Source: Daphnia carinata (lineage: Eukaryota). Taken from it: 64,000 bases of DNA. The position numbers were made by a program, and so were the translations under genes. The notes beneath the pieces were generated by a model, which had not been told where the DNA came from, did no database searches, and worked only from the letters and a program-made list of their open reading frames with translations. This document shows, in pieces, positions 1 to 12,330 of the stretch. Each line of letters opens with the position of its first letter. The stretch's first letter is position 1. The DNA lies in the NCBI RefSeq assembly GCF_022539665.2, contig NC_081331.1, forward strand, positions 12,090,001 through 12,154,000, read 5' to 3'.

Positions 1-3000
1 TAAAGTGTAGTGGTATTTCAGAAAGAATGAGATGACTGTCATTAAGATGTTCTATTCCTAACAATAGGCTTTTCATTATTTTGGTAGTCTGTTTCACTTA
101 TGTTAATCTGGAAGAGATTTTCACGGCTGTCGTAACGAACATGAGGGCAACATAAAAAAGCTCTCAACTGCCTGTATCAATAAACCCTAATCCATTATTT
201 GTTATCACTGCCCTTACGAAAACATAATTACAATTTTCTGCAATATTCTTGTGAAACCAAAGGACTGCCATATCGATTACTTGATATGTGATGTTCCCTC
301 GTTCATGCCACGAAGTAAAAATAGCGTGCAGCCTTTATTGCACTCGATATTGCAGCACGTTTCACGTTGGCAGGGGATTTCATAGGCGTGAGCTATACGC
401 TCTGTGCACGCATAGTGCATAGGCACTGATTCAAAACGTACCTACACACTTGCCATTTTTACTTGTGATTTTTGAGAATTGTCAAAGAGAAAGAAAAAGA
501 ACACAACAGAACGTAAAAAGAAGTAAATCTAAAAAAGACGCCCAAACTCACGTTGACGCCCTTATAATGTGTTTTTTTTTTGGGGGGGGGGGTTCCTTTT
601 TACTCCTAGTTTCTCACTCTCTCCATCTTTGCTGACGGTAAGTTCTTTACACATACTCCATTCTTGTCAACCGACACAGTCCTCCCTCTTACTTCTTTTT
701 TTTTTTTAATATATTTTCTAGAGTATATTTTCTACAGTAGATGTAGCACGAAGAAAGAGCCTTCGGGTCGTCTAAGACAGGCTCTTCGGACTTGCACGCA
801 CGTTGCCCGGGTGATTTATCGCATACGTGCTGGTGACGTTTCCCTTGTGTGTGGTGAACAAGATGGAATGATGGACAAAATGTCCGACAATTGAGATGGA
901 CAGACCTTTAGTACCTATTTTCCATATGGTCGGTACATCAACGACAATTGGTGGGCTATAGAACGCATCGTTTTTCTCGTGTTATGTACGGCATTCTTGT
1001 GAAACAATAGGCACATAAGCGCATAATAAAACACCGCCTATGTTTGTGTACAAGGGCTTGTTCAATCTATGTGTTGGCTCTCATCTACAAGTGCTGACTT
1101 AGCAGACGCGTGTATATCTCAATCTCGACATTACTGTGCGAACCATCCTCCTCTTTATCTTTACTTCTTTTCTTTTTTACACGGAGATCTTTCACGTCTC
1201 CTTACAGTAGACGATGATATAATATCTCATCGTACGACCCTTAGCCATCAAGTTGTGGGCCGTTATGTATGGCCCTGTCGAACACACCCTCGGTATGCTC
1301 TACTACAATATCTTTTACAAATTTATTGTAGATCGTATACGTACCTACGTAGTTGCACATTTACGGCCAATGCTTAGGCTGTCTGCACATACACACAAAC
1401 GTGGATTTAATGTTGATTTAGATACACTCGATGTGTCATAAAACAAAGATGCAAAGCACTTTGAACGCTTCAATTTATAATGTTTTACTTTACTCTGAGC
1501 GTTTCAAAAATTCTTTGTCATCTATAGCATAGATTGTTATTATAATACACAAGGTAAATTCTAAATGCTTATCGGTGTGTCTGTGTTGAAGGTATATCGA
1601 CTATCGCTGTACTCTATCGTAAATAAATTAAAGCATCGAGATGCGAAAAACGTTTGGACAGCGAAACGAGGGAAACGTTTTCCGAATAATCATAATTGAA
1701 ATAGTTAAAGTGAAACTCTTGCATCAAAAAGTGTCACGATGCCTTGCAAGATAGGCGTCATAAAATGAAACCAAAGATAAATAAAAAAACTAAAATAAAT
1801 AAGAAAGTAAACGAAATAAAAAAAAAGCGTGGAAATTGAAAATGGCAGAGCGTTGCGCTTCCGCTTTCTTCCCAACATCCCAGCGCGTGGCAATCGATTT
1901 TCCGATGCATATTTATTCACTTTCGTTTATTTTTTCTGAAATTTTTTTTGTATTTCAACTTGCTCTCCCTTCACGCAAGCTCTCAACTCCTTCATTTCAT
2001 TAGGACTGATTGAATCGCCTTTTACCGTCCACGCAGTAAAAGCGAACCCGATTTTTCGTTTAGGGTGAACGAATTCGAGGGTGACGTTAGGGCGTCCATC
2101 TCTTCTCTAGAAAGCCTTCATCTCTAATCGGGCAGAGACATAAACCCTTCCATTTTTCATGTTTAATATGACGCGTGGTTACGTTTTCCTATGAAATCCC
2201 AAATGGCTGGCAGTTGCCGCCAACATCACACGCAGAGCCGAAAAACTTATTGACATGGAAATGATTGAATTTGCCTCTGCTGCAGAACTCGTGGCTCACC
2301 TTAGATAGCGTTTCAGCTGCTATAGGGAACTTATCGCTCATATGTCAACGTATAATCGCAGGAATGGTGTTGACGGCGCAATCAAGGAAGACAGTTCCCC
2401 AAAAATGGAGAGAAAAAAAAATTGAGTAGCGATAATTAAACGGTAACAGAAAATCAAATCACGAATTTGGGTCCAAAATTGGGTAAGTAATTTTAGACAT
2501 ATGCACAACGGCAATGTTAGGTTCTAGGAAAAAAGCGTCTAGATCAAAAATAACTATTGACCGTGTTCTACAGTTGACCCAAAAACCTTTTTTTTCCCCT
2601 TATTTTTATTACATAAATTTTTTTAAATATATTGTTAAGGCCTCATGGGCTTTATGGCGCAAACTGCAAAATCTATCAGCACACGAGTGTTTACTGAAAC
2701 CTAATAGAAAATCGTGCTGGTTTCCCGTTGCTGTTTTCCTTCTCTTTTCATCTACTTTCCACTCTCCTCTCGGCCTTTTTTTTTTATTTATTTGATTTCC
2801 TCTTCAATCGCTTGCTCGCATCCTCGCCTTCAAGAGCTGCCCTAGTTTCCCATCGTCAGTTTACGCTTGTCTAATGCGGCCAACACCTCCATCTTTTTCG
2901 TCTTTTGCCGTGAGTGTTATCGTACGAAATGAACGTATCGGCAAGTCAATAAAAGCCATACTCTCAAGGAAAAGTCACGAGTCGAGTCCCGAATGCTGGA

Positions 3001-4115
3001 TAAACTTCCCCATCGGCCTCATTCTGATGGTTTCCCTGTATATCCAATTTACGAAAGCTATACATCACACAGCTCTATGGTGCTCGGCTAACGAGATGTT
3101 TTTCAAAATTATCCACGAGGAGTAACCGAATTCGCGTTCTCCCTCCTCGTAAGTTTTCGCATTGTTAAATAGAAATGTTCGTACCCACGATCGGTTGGAA
3201 TAATAAACAAACTGTTAGACAAGCACGTCCGCCATCCGTTCCAATCTATGCATAGCAATTCTTTCTGGATGTTTCTTATTTTATTCCAACTATTCGCGTC
3301 AACATCTGTTTAATGTTCAACTAATAAAGGACAAAAGTCTGAAAACAAAAACATAGACAAAGGATTTTCCAGTGGAGAAATCTGCGTATCCCATGTGCTA
3401 CTTTGATCAATTGGCTACTCCGACGAACGCTATAACGATGCGTTAATCAACCAGAACAGCCCCCACCCTCCCCACCCCACTGCGTAAAAAAACTTACAGA
3501 TTTCAAGGTATTCGTCCTAACAATTTTCCAGAATGTTATATCCTCTTGGTTTGCACTTCTCGTCAAAACGAACTGATAGTAGATAACAAGCTCCTCGACT
3601 GCTTGTGCAGAAACTTGAAAGGTAGCCAGAGAAGCAAGAGACCCAACCGTGCGAGAATATCAAAGGATATGTGATTACAGCACCAGCAATGCCTAGCATG
3701 TGCTGGCAAACGAGTGGAACGACCGACAGTAGGGACGACGACGTCGAACTCGGCTGCTTGATACCATCTCTAAATTCTGTCCAAGTAAAGTAAGACACGG
3801 TCAGTGTGTACAGTGCAAACGGTGTAAAACATTGAATCAAAGGGAAAAGCTTGGTGTTGTACTTAACTTTCACCAGTTGTTTCGTTTCTTATTCATCGGG
3901 TTTATTTAAAGATTTTGACAATTTTTTTAGACTTTAATCAGGCTTTTTCTTGTGGCTGAGCATATCACGCACTAAAGGGCGTGGCACTTTGGTGGATGTG
4001 TCATAAAAAGACAGTAGCCGAAACAGACTTTCTGACAACTAAAACCAGCCAAAACGAGTGTTTTCGAGACTGTTCCAAGAAGCTTATTCCATCGTTATCT
4101 TAGTTATTAAACTTT

Positions 4116-4156
4116 CGAAGGAAAATGCTAAGGCGAAGGAAAATGCTAAGGCGAAG
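4116..4156. repeat. 18-bp tandem duplication (CGAAGGAAAATGCTAAGG x2.3)
   Basis: Directly visible; units start at 4116, 4134 and 4152 (partial). Confidence 0.9.
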
Positions 4157-7100
4157 TAAACTGAAATGAGGAAATAAAAAATGCGCACTGCGAGCCACCA
4201 CTACACGGGATATATTACGTCAGAAGGAACGTAGTCGGTCTTTCTTTTTTGTTCTTGTAGTGCTTTTTCTTTGTTGCAATGCAGTTCAACCCAGGACGAA
4301 GAGTAGACGTCCGTACACACTATATTCAACGTGACGTGTGTGTATGTGCATAAAAGCGACATTGGCATTGATCAATGTGGCTCGTTCCCATTCCCCCGTT
4401 CCAACCATAATGAACTGACTACATAGTCTCTGGACAACCTTTTTATGCAGCACGTCAGAGAACGACGAAAGCGCGTTGCGAGTCCTCTACTACCATACAG
4501 AATCGGTACCCTAATCGATCACGCACCAGTCCCCATCAATGTCGCAACAATTTCGATGCTGTTTTTTTTTTCTTATTATTTATTTTCCCGTCCAAAGCTT
4601 CAACCGTTATACCATAAAGAAACGTACCCTTCTTTATTTGATACACTGTAGTTTACGACGACAGTTCTTTTTCATTCTCCCTCATACATCATACGTGACA
4701 ATAAAGAATTGACCTTTCGACGTGGATAGAATTTCCATTCGGCATTGGAAAAATCGAAAATTAAACATTGAAGACGAACTATAGCTGCTCAATGTGTGTG
4801 GCTACCGTCTTATCTCTTTCGTCCATTTCTTTTTGAGATGCGAACATGTAAATTTGAATGAAAAGAACTTTTAATCCCGCCTCTCTCCAACATCAGGCAG
4901 CTACGCCAAAGTCTATTTACTCGTCAAGGGCCAGGCGGACTGTACGACCAACTGTTAAATGTACACACAAGATACGCTGCAGCCCCCGATGTAGACATGC
5001 GCAGCCACAGAACAACGCGAAACATTAGGCTAGCGTTCCTCGTAGACAAGGAAACTCGTCCTTTATATTCGCCGAATGATCATGAAAAGTTTAGCGTTCA
5101 ATTTACAACGAACGTAAAATATTATACAGCTGTGTAAGACGACCCTATTCAAAACGGACGCTGGTTGGAAAAAGCAATGTCAAATAAAAGGCGAAGTACG
5201 CAGAGTTATAAGGGCGATCATGAGCCAAAGAACTTGGATAAGACTATAACCCCAACAAACATGAACAGGGAAATTTTGCGTTTATCGACATTTTCAATTG
5301 AGTAAAGGGGGCAGAGCGTGAAAAAAAAATTTAGGAATTACGAGACTTTCGCAGCAGTCGAAGCGCTTCAGTCTCAAATTTATCACCCGAATTGAGGAAA
5401 GAGGACGGCAAGGATTTCGTACAATACGGAATGTATGGCCTGTAAGAAAACGGCCATTTGCTCTCCGGTCGTTTCCACCGTGTTTTCATGGAACCCATAA
5501 ATTGTGTCGCAGTGTCTTCGACACGTACCCACTCCCCACTATGGCGTAGTCTTTTAAAATGCTTTTTCACGTCTGCATAGGATTGATGTAGGGATAGAAC
5601 ATTTTTCAACGAAAATTTGGTTCTAAAAAATGAAATAAAAAATGCAGTAAATATCAATGTGTGTACGTAAGCCTTTTTTCTTCCTAGAATTACGATGAAC
5701 ATTTCCTTCTTAAAAACGAAATTTTTGTAATGAATGTGGACGGACGTATAGACTCGTCTGTAGGGATACAAAAATATAGGAAAACGAGGCTAAAATGGGT
5801 ATAATTGATAGTTCGTGTTTCAAAATGTAACATATTGGCTTTGATGAGAGTGGACAAAAAACAAAAATATTGTAGCAGCAGAGAACTAGTGGGATCACCT
5901 CGAGGTGTAGCCAAGCATGCTTTCCCCTCATAATAGAACTAGCGTTGATGTATTTCTTCGAGTTGTTGATGTCCCCTTGGGTGATTCATAATCAATGGGA
6001 CAACTAGACGAAAGCGATTAAAACGTTGCAAATTGTAAACTCCTTGATGAGTATACGCAAAAACTAGATAACGAGGAGCAAAAAAAGCTGCTGTTTTGGT
6101 TGGAATAGCAGCAGTCAGACGCATGTATAAACATGCATCGATCTGAGTCAAATCATTATTTCAATATTCAGCAAACTGGATGGCGATAATGATGCTAATC
6201 ATCTACCACATCAAGGTGTGCAAGGCAGCATATAGATATGGAATTACTTCACGTACGAGAATATTTTATCTAGAAGGTGTGCGGTATGCATCTAAAGATA
6301 TGCACGATCCTTGTATATACGTCATAATTAATCTCTAATTGCTTCTTCAGTAGACAGACGATTGCCAGGGAAATTCTTGGGCTGGCAACATGACCATGGG
6401 CGATCTTCAACACATCTGAAGTTGCGTGCTCATCGAACCACTTATATAACGACCGCTTCATGCTATATATACCCCCAGTAGATATGCCTAAGAGGCTTAT
6501 AACAAGCGGAGATTCGAATATCATTTGTATCTCCAGCAAAAGCCTCCAATAACAAAGCAAGTGTCCTCTATCTGCCTTCCAATATCTATATGGATATTTC
6601 CGATTCGAATCTCTCGTGAGGGCGTGGCTATACTGGGTAGGTACAGTTGGACACTGTAGTTTGCCAGTAGACACAGGCACGCTTGCATGAGGGATTCTGT
6701 TTTGATGGATACCCGTCACGAAGGGGTGCAGATATACGAACCCATCAGAAAAGGACACAGACAGTCTTAAACAAAAAAAAAAAAAAGAGAAACATCTGAA
6801 AAGATACCTCGAAAAGAGAGCTCACATAGCACTTCATCTACCGCGAGATAGACAGTTGCGTATATGTCAGACGTGTGCGTCTATGTATATGGAAGCTTTT
6901 GTGTGTACACATATAGAATGAGAAAGGGAGAGAAACAATCGAGATTGATGAACGATGCGGATTCGGGCGGATACGAGCTTGTCCTCTAAAAAACATTCCG
7001 ATCGAACATATCCCAACCAAGAAAAGACATTTGCCATCATTTGTCTTTTCTCTGTGCTCTGTCTGGAACGTGTAGCTGATGCTCCATCTTCTTGGTTTTC

Positions 7101-10100
7101 TTTTTTTTTTTCTTTTTGTTATTATTCTTTGGTACGGAAAAACCTCTGACTAGTATAATACTATCGTTTTTTTTTCTTTTCGTTCTTTCGTGATGCCTTT
7201 CAGTCTTCGCCACAGACCGTAGGCAGTTGGCTACGGGAACTCTTTCCAATATACGATGGATAGGTTGCTGTTCGAATGCTAATCCATTGGACCCCACGTC
7301 CTTGATGGTATGGAGCCAGAAAGAATAAACGGACTGAAATTCGATGCAATGGCCAGCAGTCAATGTTCGACACATCTATAGAATGCAAAAGGGCCGGTAA
7401 CGTTACCACCACTAATGAAATAGGCTAAAAGAATATCTTTTACATGGCTCCCAAATGCGTTTTAGATGTTCCATTTCAACGCTATTTTCTTCTGACATAA
7501 ATGTTCTGTTGCTCGCAAATGCGTAGGCGAAAGGAGTCAATAAAACGATTCTTCTTGTATTCCGCAATCTTGCCGTGGCATCAACGGGTATAGTTTCGGG
7601 GAGCCAGGGCACACGTGCAGCCTGGACGAGGCAATAGACGTCATCAACTTTCATCGACCGCGTGTTGCGGTCGGGTTGGTCGTTTGACTATACATATGCT
7701 CCGAAACATAAAGGTCCTACGCCTCAGCCATTCCAATCAATATTAGAAGATGATTTCAGGGTATTCCACTCTACAAATATCGACACTTCTATTTAGATCT
7801 AATTTCACGTTGAAAGCGTTTTTTGTTATTTCGCGTTGCGGACTTCGTTTCTTAAAGGAGACATTTCAACTTTATGGCGTACGCTTTGTCATGAATTTTT
7901 AATTTGATTTCTTTCGTTTGTGTTTGGTTTGGGGATGGAGCACGACCCCAGCAAAGTGAGTGAACCAAAGGGGAATAAGGTCCAAGTATAGACGAACAAC
8001 TGAGACGAGTGAAAGACAGGTTAGAGAAAGAGAGCTCGGTCGGAGTAATCAACTATGCGGACGAATTAGCATCCTGTCGATCCGCACAGGATATGGGAGG
8101 GTGGCCGGAAAGAAATTTGAATACCTAATGACAACCATGGTGAAGGAAAGAATGTAGAAACAGGCAGAAATGAATAGAATAGATGAAGGAGCAAGTGCGA
8201 TGCGCTGCACCTTATTTAAAGGTTGATGGGTTTACGCGTTTCGAATGAATGACAGTTCTATCTTATGTGATCGGAAGCTTTTATTGGCATTCTCTACGAT
8301 TACCTCCCTATAAACTCGTATCGTTTAAGTTTATGACGCCCGTTCGGTGAGACTGAAATAGAATATCGGTGAATCAAATTAAAGAAGCTAGTCGATTGCT
8401 TCAGTAACGTGTTTGTGCCTTCTCTTAGTCTACAGCGTATGATTTGAATTGGAAAAAGAAATTATGAGGCAAGGGCAATTCTGTATCTGTGTAAAGCTGT
8501 GAATGAAATGGAAAAGTTAAGAGCCAACAATAAAGTATCAACACACTCATGACCTTACAAGTATTTAAAGCACTCCAGATGGTGTACTGCCACAACCGAA
8601 AACAAGACGACATTAAATAAAGTTGTAACCTCTTGTGTTAATAAAAACAAATTATTAAAACGAAAAGGTCGATTAACTTATTTTCAAAAAAGTGTTTCAA
8701 ATGAAATTATCATCCATGATGTGATTACTGATGTAGTGGTTTAAATACATTATGCCATTAGTTGGATACTGGTGCATCATGGTTTCTTGTACCTTTATGC
8801 GTAACCTCCACTAAATTAGTTAATCACCGTTCGTGATTAACCGTGAGGATGCGTGCAAGATGAAAGAAAGCGAAAACGTTTGAGCTTTTGAAATCGATCA
8901 TTTGGGTCGCTCGGGGAGACGAGAGAAGGAGGGTATCAAAATACGTTCGAAGGATGCTATCTTTCTATGCAGAGAATGCATTTCAACATGGGAAACCATA
9001 GAAACGTTCCCATGTATTGCAGATTACTGTCATGTCTGACCTCAAACCCGTTGGCATCAAAGAGAAAATAGAAAAAATAAAAACGAATCAAAATAATTTT
9101 TGCCGCTAGAGGAAGGATTCTGCGGACGCAAAATCTTTTCACAACATTTTAGGTTAAATGGATGTTTTCCGTACTCTTCCACTATCACATTACAACAAAC
9201 TCAAAAGTTGGTTATAATAGTCCTGATTATTTGCACTCAACGTGGATGCGCAGTTTGTTTAGCTTATCGAGTAAACAATGTCCACATAAAACGGGTAAAG
9301 AGGGTTCCTTTTGACCCAGCCACATCCAGCTACTGGGATTCTTCCGCAGCATAAAAGGTAAAAAAAAAAAAATCCCTTGACTGCGACAATGGGTTGATTG
9401 CACATGAGACGTCTTTTTTTCTATTTGTTTAAAACATTCACGAGAAGGACGGTTTTCTGTTCATTGGAATTTAAATACAAATATAGCGTATATGGAAGAC
9501 ATTTGCATACAGGGGAGCAGCGATGTGAAGGGGGAAAAGAAGAACGCAAAAAGAGACAAACAGATCACAGATTTCCACTGCGACCGAAAAGCAGGCAGAA
9601 ACTGGGAGATGCGCGTAAAACGCAGGACGCATCATCAAACGAACGGACCGGAAGACTCTGATAAGAACCGGAATAAAGAACCAAAACATACTTATACGAA
9701 GAGAAGCAAAAAAAAAAAAAAAAAAAAAAAACTAAAATCTAAATCATTACACAAGACCGAAAAATTTTTAAACAAAGAACGGAAACAGAAAAACAAGCTC
9801 GTTCTTTTTCCTTGAGCAATCACACGAAAATAACATGGAATCAGATAATGCGTGCCTCTAGAACCCCGGGCTTGCAGCATATACATTAATTTGAAGAGCG
9901 AAAAAAAGTAATTTTTAGGACACCAATGATGCTGGGGCTTTCTACATCTTCGTTCTCGCATACATAATGTAAGAGACGGAGCTAGTATTTATATGTATCT
10001 ACTCGTGCTATTTTTGTTTTTTCTACTTTGCGTGAGGAACGGCACAGTGAATGGGACAGTGCGGCCTCTTTCTTTCGCGGATGATTCGCTTCTCCTTTTC

Positions 10101-10612
10101 TAACGATCCAATTGAATCGGGCGACTGGGAATCACCAGCTGGTCCCTTTCCCTTTTTTTCTTCTTCTCCTGAATGCCGGCAATATAACAAGTGTGCATAC
10201 ACCCATCATCTCTCTTTCTGTCCTTTCCAGGCTGTGTATACACCACCAGAACTGAACAAGTCCGTTTAGACACACCAACCTTCCGTCTCATATTTATTAT
10301 GTACAGCATACGAGATAAACTGCCTACATTATACAATTCCTCGTGGTTTACATCCGTTTTACTATTCTCGCTTCTTTATCTTTGCGAGTTCTCCTCCCAC
10401 CCCCATTCGTTTTTACAATTCTGACTGCTTTCGTGTTATCCCAACCGAAACATGAATCACAACCTGCTGTTTTAGCGCAGAGCTGCGTGAGAAAACCTTT
10501 ATCATCGTCATATTTTTTGAAAGCTTAACGATTAAAGGGCTCCTTGCGCGAGTACACTTTGTCGAAAGGATAAAGTAAAAGAAAATCTGGTCAGTCATCA
10601 ACCAAGACTTAC

Positions 10613-11081
10613 TTGAATAGGGCGTGAAGATGTTGAGGTAGAGGCAATCCTCACTCTGATTGGTCAACAACGGGGCCAGCTTCTTGAGGGTTTCCAGCCG
10701 GCCGCGTGGCATCCGTTTGAGAGCTTCCGTTTCGTTGGTGATATCCGGAAATCGTTGCGGACAGACGGGACCGTAGCGGTCGGCCTGTCGGATTCCTCGC
10801 CACGGCGACACCGTCACTGGCGGCATGAAACGGAGCGTTCCAACTGGCGGCGACGCGTACGGCACACCCAGAAAGAGCTCGACGGCCGGTATGGTCTTGT
10901 CCTCAAAGGCCTGGTAGAGTCCACGGAGCGATCCTTTGCGGGTGTTGACCACTCGCGAGCTGGACACTTGAGTCTTGCCTCCTTCGTGATTGGCTGGCCA
11001 ATCGCCGATGGCTAATGCCGTCGCCATTATCAACGTCACCAGCCAGCACAACACGGCAATGGCTGATTGACACATTTCCAT
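10613..11081 (-). CDS. Nlg: Neuroligin (arthropod Nlg3/Nlg4-like), first coding exon: signal peptide plus N-terminal part of the carboxylesterase-like domain. The rest of the gene lies beyond the window start.
   Basis: Translation has a hydrophobic signal peptide (AIAVLCWLVTLIMATALA), then SSRVVNTRKGSLRG, VELFLGVPYASPPVGTLRFMPP, GPVCPQ, the neuroligin-type segment ITNETEALKRMPRGRLETLKKLAPLL, and NQSEDCLYLNIFTP. Ends at a phase-1 donor TCAA|GTAAGT (GT at 10612-10611). Paralogue assignment is from memory and less certain than the family call. Confidence 0.93.
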
Positions 11082-12330
11082 CTACTCCCGTCGCTGACTT
11101 TTTGAGCTTAAGATATTTTGTATATCCGGAGTAGCGGAATTTTTTCTCCGAGGGGCGGGGGAGGGAGGGGTTAAGGTACGGATGGAAAAAGAACCTGTAT
11201 AATCTTCTTAGTTGTTTAGCTTAGGCTATACACTTCACTTTCGTTCACGGCGATGGTAGCGAATAGCCAAACACTAATAGAGCCAACTGCAACTGCATTG
11301 CTGCTGCGCAGCTAGCGGTCAATTCCATTATTAGCTGAAGACCGAATGCGAGCAGAAAGAGCAAGACATAGAGAGATAATGACTCCCTTTTTTCCTCCCT
11401 TCCTTTTTGAGGTTAACAAAGTTTTGCGGCTAGGGTTTTAATGCTACACACTAGACGCGAATGCCAACCTCCTCCCTTTTGCGTAATTGCTTACCCACTG
11501 AACTCGCACTATCAACCGTTGGCCCTGACTACACCAGTCACGCATCTATACAGGAATAGGGAGAGCGTCGGCTCGGTGCCGACTTCGTTATTAACCCGAT
11601 CACTATCTAGCTAACAACAACCTCCATTTCCCCTTTTTCTTTTCCTAAAATCGTTTGTTTTCATCTTGAAGATTTTCGTTTAGTTCGGCTTTTATTTGAT
11701 TATTTACGGAGCTCATCATCGGGCGATGCCTAATCTTTCGATTACGAGAAATATTTAAAGACAAAACAAAATCAATGGGATTTTGATTCACAATCCTTTG
11801 TTAGTCGTTTACTAAAAACTAATTTTCGTATGGTGTAGAAATAATCCTGTTGGAGTGAGTTGAACTGCAGTGACCAGTGAACGAGCCAATTAATACAAAG
11901 AAAAATTCACTAGAAAAATCGACACTGTAAATCGCACGGAAAGAACGCAGCAGCGACGCTAGCGGTCTGTCCAGAAGCGCACTTTCGTATAGTGAAATCG
12001 ATAATCAATCACAATGGGCTCGCTTGTAGATTGCGGGCATCAGGTTTAAGACAAAACCACTAAAACGATATGCAAAGAAGATCGAATTCCTTCAAATGAA
12101 AAAGCAATAATAAAACTTGGAAAGCACTTGAATTCAACCAGTTCACAACAAGAAGAAAACTGTAGAAGGAGGTAGTGACGGTGGAGGACCTACTCGGCCA
12201 AAGACTGGAGAGATGCTGGCCATCCAAGACGAGCTTACACAGAGAGAATGTCTCCTTTTTTTTGTTGTTGTTCCGTGCGCTTGTGTCGTGAATGTCTCCT
12301 GTGCACCAGTGGATACATACACACTGGTGC
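11082..12330 (-). other. Putative neuroligin 5' UTR with a ~300-bp intron (11195-11494); transcription start roughly 12.3 kb
   Basis: Minus-strand donor GTGG|GTAAGC at 11494, acceptor TATACAG| at 11195, and an Inr-like CCAGTG near 12325. Inferred from motifs only. Confidence 0.35.

Noticed and set aside
6270..6758. 162-aa minus-strand ORF in the neuroligin intron
   Set aside because: GTG start, no esterase similarity, no recognisable domain and no convincing exon boundaries. Its length is within chance expectation.
10413..10612. C-terminal part of the 222-aa neuroligin ORF (SKSWLMTDQIFFYF...)
   Set aside because: Read-through into the intron beyond the GTAAGT donor; not esterase-like.
1..10612. 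Intronic miRNA such as mir-932, which is hosted in an insect neuroligin intron
   Set aside because: I found no match to the mature sequence or to other conserved arthropod miRNAs by eye. A proper miRBase/Infernal search is needed to exclude them.
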